Shown one piece after another: positions 58,981 to 64,000 of a stretch of DNA of 64,000 nt. The notes under the pieces were generated by a model. That model did no database searches, was not told the origin of the DNA, and was given only the letters and a program-made list of their open reading frames with translations. The DNA comes from Mustelus asterias (taxonomy: Eukaryota), in NCBI RefSeq assembly GCF_964213995.1, contig NW_027590140.1, positions 1 to 64,000 on the forward strand, in the 5' to 3' direction. Each line of letters opens with the position of its first letter. The stretch's first letter is position 1. A program made the translations under genes and the position numbers.

Positions 58981-61161
58981 TAATTATATAGTCTTATATA
59001 ACATAACACGTGTTAAGGAAAGGGTGATTTCGGAGAGCCGCTTGTCCCTCTGGAATACTAGACTAGCTGCAGAACCACAACGTTATTGTTCCCGTACCCG
59101 CTGCAGTAAACAAACAAACATGGTGAGACACCTCCATCTGGTGGCTATGTAAGGCTAATTCCTGGAAAACCACCGAATTCTCAAGTTCCTGAAATATGTT
59201 GTTCCAAGATTCTGCCGCATTATTCTTGCAAAGATTGTTATTGTTGCAATGCAATGAACGTATACATGAGAGCTAATTCCACTTTTATTTTAAAGACTGC
59301 CGATTTATTCTATTGCCTCAGCCACTCTGGATCATGAAGCTTGCTTTAGCGATATGAATCTGCCAAGATCCCAATGAAATCCAGATTTTAAAATACCAAC
59401 ACATACAAATTATGTAAATATACCCCCTGTTCATACATTTGTTCGAGATTTAAATGGTACTGTTTCAATTTTAGTTACTTCGGTTGGCAGCAAACTAGGA
59501 AAATAAGGTCGTAATTAATATTAAATAGTAAGCGTAACAAAATTGAAATAATGAAAAGGCATAAGCATCAGGAATAATAAAATCAAAACAATAACATCCG
59601 TAATAATCTGGCATAGTAATATTTTAGTATGCTGCAGTATTCGAGAATAATTGGGTTTACACAGATCATTCCACTAGGTGGCTCTCCAAAAACTTTTATT
59701 TGACCGAAAGTACGTAAAACTGCAGTTCACCGCTCTCACAGGTGACAGCTGTAAATTACAGGAAATAATGTTGTGATGTGACACTTCACTGTGAACAGTG
59801 GCATATTTAGGACAAGCACCCGTCGATGAATTGTCAATGTTATGGCAAAGGAGACTTGGAGAGTGAACTTTGCAAACCATTGCATTTCATGGTGCATGGT
59901 CACAGGGTTTACTGAAGGAAAAAATCAGCGCAATGTTTCTAATTAATAGCGTTGATCAGTGAGAAGGACAGCGAAAGAGGGAGAGGGAGGGTATGTCTGT
60001 GAGAGAGAGGTGGTGCGGGTTCCCATGCTTGTGATGTAAGATTTTGGTTACGATTGTTCACAAACACAAAGTATCCAGAAAATACAAGGACTTGCAAATC
60101 CCTTCATTTCGCTATGAGCGTCGGAGAGACAACTCTTTGTGGCGGTGATCCACAATGACCCGTGTCCTCTGTATAAATAATGTTTCAAACAGCACACACA
60201 GCGGCTGCACTGGAAATAAACTTCCATGATTTGTAAAGTGCTTTCAGATGTCCCGAATCCATCAAGGACGCGAGACCAGTAAAAAAAACGTTTATTTCCC
60301 TGGAAGAGTAATAGTTGATTCCAAAGGTTAAACATGTTATCCGTCCGCTTCCATCAGGACCCGCAAAGGTTGCTGCTTTAAATTTCCGTTTCTTTATTTT
60401 AATCCATGATTGGGTGGATGAACAGTCACTGACTCCCGGGATATCCAGGATTCAGTCTTCAGTCTATTCCGAGATTCTTTCCTCCCCACAAGACACACGG
60501 ATTCTTTCAGGAAACACAATCCCAGAAGGTACTTGGGTAACGCTGATGGAAAGTGACTGAGGCATCGAGAGGTTGCTCCAATCTATCTCTCAGTTATCAG
60601 GCTGATCACCTCGATTAACCGTTGCATCAATCCGGCATGTGTAAATATAAACTATATATTAATTTTCAAAATAGTGTAAATGCATCAGAATTAACAATAT
60701 ACGCGCTAATCTACACACAACGCTTGCCAGGCTAGGTTCCGTTGTTATTTTTACCGCCTATGAAGCAGAAGATTTGAGGAGACTCCAGTCGCATGATCCA
60801 TTCAGATGCGGCCGTGCACTCCGCAGCGGATGGTGAATTGTCAAAGGTACCGAATGAGATGTTAAATCGAGGGCACCGACTGCCTTCTCAGATAGACGTG
60901 ATAGTGCGCAAGGACACTATTTCGAAGAAGAGCAGTAGAGTTGCTCTAGTCAATAACTACCCAAGAATAAACGTCCTCAAACAGGCTATGCATAATAATG
61001 TTGTTTGAAGGACCATGGTGGGGGTCAAATTGGCTTGTGTTTTTTTCATTCATCGTATCAGTGACATTAAACACATTGTGTGACATCAGGTAAGTCGGCA
61101 TATAAATATTCTATAATGATTCACTCAACTGCCACATTGGAATGTTGAGTAATGCTCTGAC

Positions 61162-61200
61162 AGTTTTTGTACAGGTTCAGCCCATTTCTGTGTCTCTGTG
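61162..61200 (-). other. Recombination signal sequence, 23-bp spacer
   Basis: CACAGAG + 23 nt + ACAAAAACT. Confidence 0.88.
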
Positions 61201-61972
61201 GGTCTCAGTGTGCAGTAATACACCCCGGAGTCTGCCAGCTCTATCTTAGACACATTCAGCGGAATGGTGCTCTTCATAAAGTCAAACTCTGCAGAGAAAC
61301 GATCCCCTCGGAATCTTTCTGTATTCCCACTGTATCTACTTTTCTGATACAGAAACTCCATGGACCCGCTGGGATACTGACGATACCAGAATAGATTAGG
61401 GTCGTCGCTGGTTGTAGCTGTAAAGTTACAGATCAACTGACGTCCTTCACTCACTGTGAGTGCAGCTGGTGTCTGTGTAACAGAGTCTCATCCACAATAT
61501 CCTGAAAGTATTCAGAGTAACAACACATTAAACGATGTCAATCAACTACGTTTATCACACAGAATCTGCATTTTGCCCTGTGCAACAGCCGGATAAATAA
61601 CTTGGTGCAACGAAAGTGAAACATATTTCCAACATCTCAGGGATTATAACTTGATTATATTTGAATCGAATAATAAAATTTCTGGAATGCACATTTGGCG
61701 CCATCTATCGGGTTCAGTTCCCCTCTAGCGTTTCCTGCAATTTGAAGGGGAAACTGACAGCTGTCCATAGGTTTTCAAGTCCACTGTTTGTCACAGGGTG
61801 TGTGGCGGTAAAGTGGTTAGGGTTAATTTACTGATCCGTGATCAATCCATTGTTATCGATGTGATGATGCCATGTGTGGTAAATATATGAAACACAGCTT
61901 TGTGAAACTTGTGAACTGACCGGTTAACAGAGCAGCCGCTGTGAGGAATAAACGCAAAGTAACAGGAGACAT
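61201..61972 (-). pseudogene. TCR alpha/delta-type V segment (leader exon 61921-61972, V exon 61201-61501) with in-frame TGA at 61488-61490
   Basis: Leader MSPVTLRLFLTAAALLT-G|gtcagt; acceptor tttcag|; DSVTQTP..LIC..LFWYRQYP..RFS..DSGVYYC. Confidence 0.88.
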
Positions 61973-62069
61973 GTTTGCAGAGACCTCATAGCACAGTCAA
62001 CAGCAATGGGCTGAGGCTGAAAGTTTTCACTCAAGAATTGAGAAGCGGGTGAGTAACACCCACTTCTCT

Positions 62070-62100
62070 TCTCATTGGTTCTTCGCCGCGTGCGTCATCA
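62070..62100 (-). promoter_or_regulatory. CRE-like (TGACGCA) and CCAAT elements upstream of the V leader
   Basis: Reverse complement tgatgacgcacg..aaccaatg, about 100-125 nt upstream of the leader ATG. CRE motifs are known in TCR V promoters. Confidence 0.4.
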
Positions 62101-62334
62101 GTTGACATTGAATCATCTAAAACAAATAAGCTAACGATTCAACCAATAATATCAAACTCCTTGGATCTTCAATTCCTAACCTCGACACGGAGTGGAAGGT
62201 GATTTTATTCATCTTAACCTGAGTACTTTCTGTGGAATAATTCCAACGTTGGTCCTTCAGCAGCTCAATCTGTACAGCGGAGTCAGAGAAGGAAAACAAT
62301 GAATGAAACAGTGAATGTATGGCCACATTCCCCT

Positions 62335-62645
62335 ACAACTCAATTTTCAAGTTTGCTGATGACACCACCGTGGTGGGTCGGATTTCAAATAATGATGAGG
62401 CAGGAAAGAGATGGAGAATCTGGTGAACTGGTGCGAGGACAGTAGTCGCTCCCTGAATGTCAGTTAAACGAAAGAGATAGTCATCGACTTCATTAAGCGT
62501 AGTGGAGGACATGCCCTATCGACATCAACGGGGATGAAGTGGGAATGGTCGAGAGCTTCAAGGTTTCTCGATGTCCAGATCACCAACAACTCGTCCTGAT
62601 CCGTCCACGCCGGCGCTATATATAAGAATGCCCACCAACACCTCT
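62335..62645 (+). mobile_element. Rex1/Babar-clade LINE RT fragment
   Basis: IFKFADDTTVVGRISNNDE..LVNWC..SLNVS.TKEIVIDF. Confidence 0.8.
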
Positions 62646-62819
62646 CAAGAGGCGCAGGGCTAGAACTTAGAACTATAACGTTTTCCTTTCACTGTCTCTA
62701 GGTCGAAATGCGGAGCTCTCTCCCGAATAGTTTTGTGTATATACTTACAACACATGGACTGCAGCAGTCCAAGACGGCAGCTCACTATCACTTTTACAAA
62801 GGCAATTAGTGATGGGCAA

Positions 62820-64000
62820 TCATAGAGTCATAGAGATTTGCAGCATGGAAAAAAGGCCCTTCGAAACAAATTGTCCATGCCGCCCATTTTTTTAAACCTC
62901 TAAGCTAATCCCACTTGCCCGCATTTGGCACATATCCCTCTATACCCATCGTACCCATGTAACTATCTACATGCTTTTTAAAAGGCAAAATTGTACCCGC
63001 CTCTACTACTACCTCTGGCAGCTTGTTCCAGACACCTACCATCCTCTGTGTGAAACAATTGCCCTTCTGAACACTTTTATATCTCTCCCCTCACACCTTA
63101 AACCTATGCCCTCTAGTTTAAAAAAAACACCTACCTTTGGGAAAAGATATTGACTATCTAGCTGATCTGTGCCCCTCATTTTATAGACCTCTATAAGATC
63201 ACCCCTCAGCCTCCTACGCTCCAGAGGAAAAAGTCCCAGTTTATCCAGCCTCTCCTTCTAACTCAATCCATCAAGTCCCGGTAGCATCCTCGTAAATCTT
63301 TTCTGCACTTCTTCTAGTTTAATAATATCCTTTCTATAATAGGGTGACCAGAATTGCACACAGTATTCCAAGTGTGGCCTGACCAATGTCTTGTACAACT
63401 TCAACAAGACATTCCAACTCCTGTATTCAATGTTGTGACCGATGAAACCATGCGTGCCAAATGTCTTCTTCACCACTCTGTCCACCTGTGACCCCACTTT
63501 CAAGGAGCTATGAACATGTACCCCAAGATCTCTCTGTAACTCTCCCCAACGCCCTACCATTAACTGAGTAAGTCCTGCCCTGGTTCAATCTACCTAAATG
63601 CATCACCTCGCATTTGTCTAAATTAAACTCCATCTGCCATTCATCAGCCCACTCGCCCAATTGATAAAGATCCCGTTGCAATTGGAGATAACTTTCTTCA
63701 CTGTCCACTATGCCACCAATCTAAGTGTCATCTGCAAACTTAGTAACCATGCCCCCTATATTCTCATCCAAATCATTAATATAAATGACAATAACAGTGG
63801 ACCCAGCACTGATCCTTGAGGCACACCGCTGGTCACATGCCTCCAGTTTGAAAAACAACTCTCTACAACCACCCTCTGGTTTCTGTCAATGAGCCAATTT
63901 TGTATCCATTTAGATACCTCACCCTAAATCCCGTGAGATTTAACCTTATGCAACAATCTGCCATGCGGTTCCTTGTCAAAGGCCCTGCTAAAGTCCGTGT
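62820..64000 (-). mobile_element. CR1 LINE 3' part (continues beyond the window)
   Basis: WADEWQMEFNLDKCEVMH, RPHLEYCVQFWSP, RFTRMLPGL; tail ctctatgactctatga. Confidence 0.93.

Noticed and set aside
60120-60350. MHC class I alpha3/C1-like reading on the minus strand (ITCLTFG..YSSREINV)
   Set aside because: Lacks the second Cys and the Trp, has stops and no splice sites; the alternative NACHT-like frame fits more motifs.
1-64000. CRISPR arrays or prokaryotic operons
   Set aside because: Vertebrate DNA with spliced genes; no regularly spaced repeat-spacer array was seen.

Overview
Eukaryotic genomic DNA, almost certainly from a shark or ray (HE1-type SINEs, CR1/HER1-type LINEs, shark-type Penelope repeats). 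It has two assembly gaps (41864-42089 and 53036-53271). Protein-coding content: three intact two-exon class A GPCR paralogues of the GPR139/GPR142-like type, two pseudogenised TCR alpha/delta-type V segments with 23-bp-spacer RSSs facing each other, a decayed C2H2 zinc-finger gene, and a possible NACHT remnant. Between the genes lie nested CR1 LINEs, SINEs, Penelope-derived palindromes, about ten decayed tRNA genes and a U1 pseudogene. Top observations: (1) at 40890-41055, a perfectly paired HDV-like self-cleaving ribozyme starts with 25 nt of the 28S rRNA R2 target site. This is an R2-type retroelement 5' end inserted outside rDNA, inside an old CR1, with a decayed ORF (candidate non-autonomous, off-target R2 derivative). 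(2) At 32204-32519, a U2-snRNA-headed element with an A-rich tail, flanking target-site duplication and twin hairpins (candidate U2-derived SINE). (3) A homeodomain/Ebf-like/TATA promoter module with conserved spacing sits upstream of all three GPR139-like genes, resembling olfactory receptor promoters. All calls are by eye; repeat boundaries are approximate and no database search was run.
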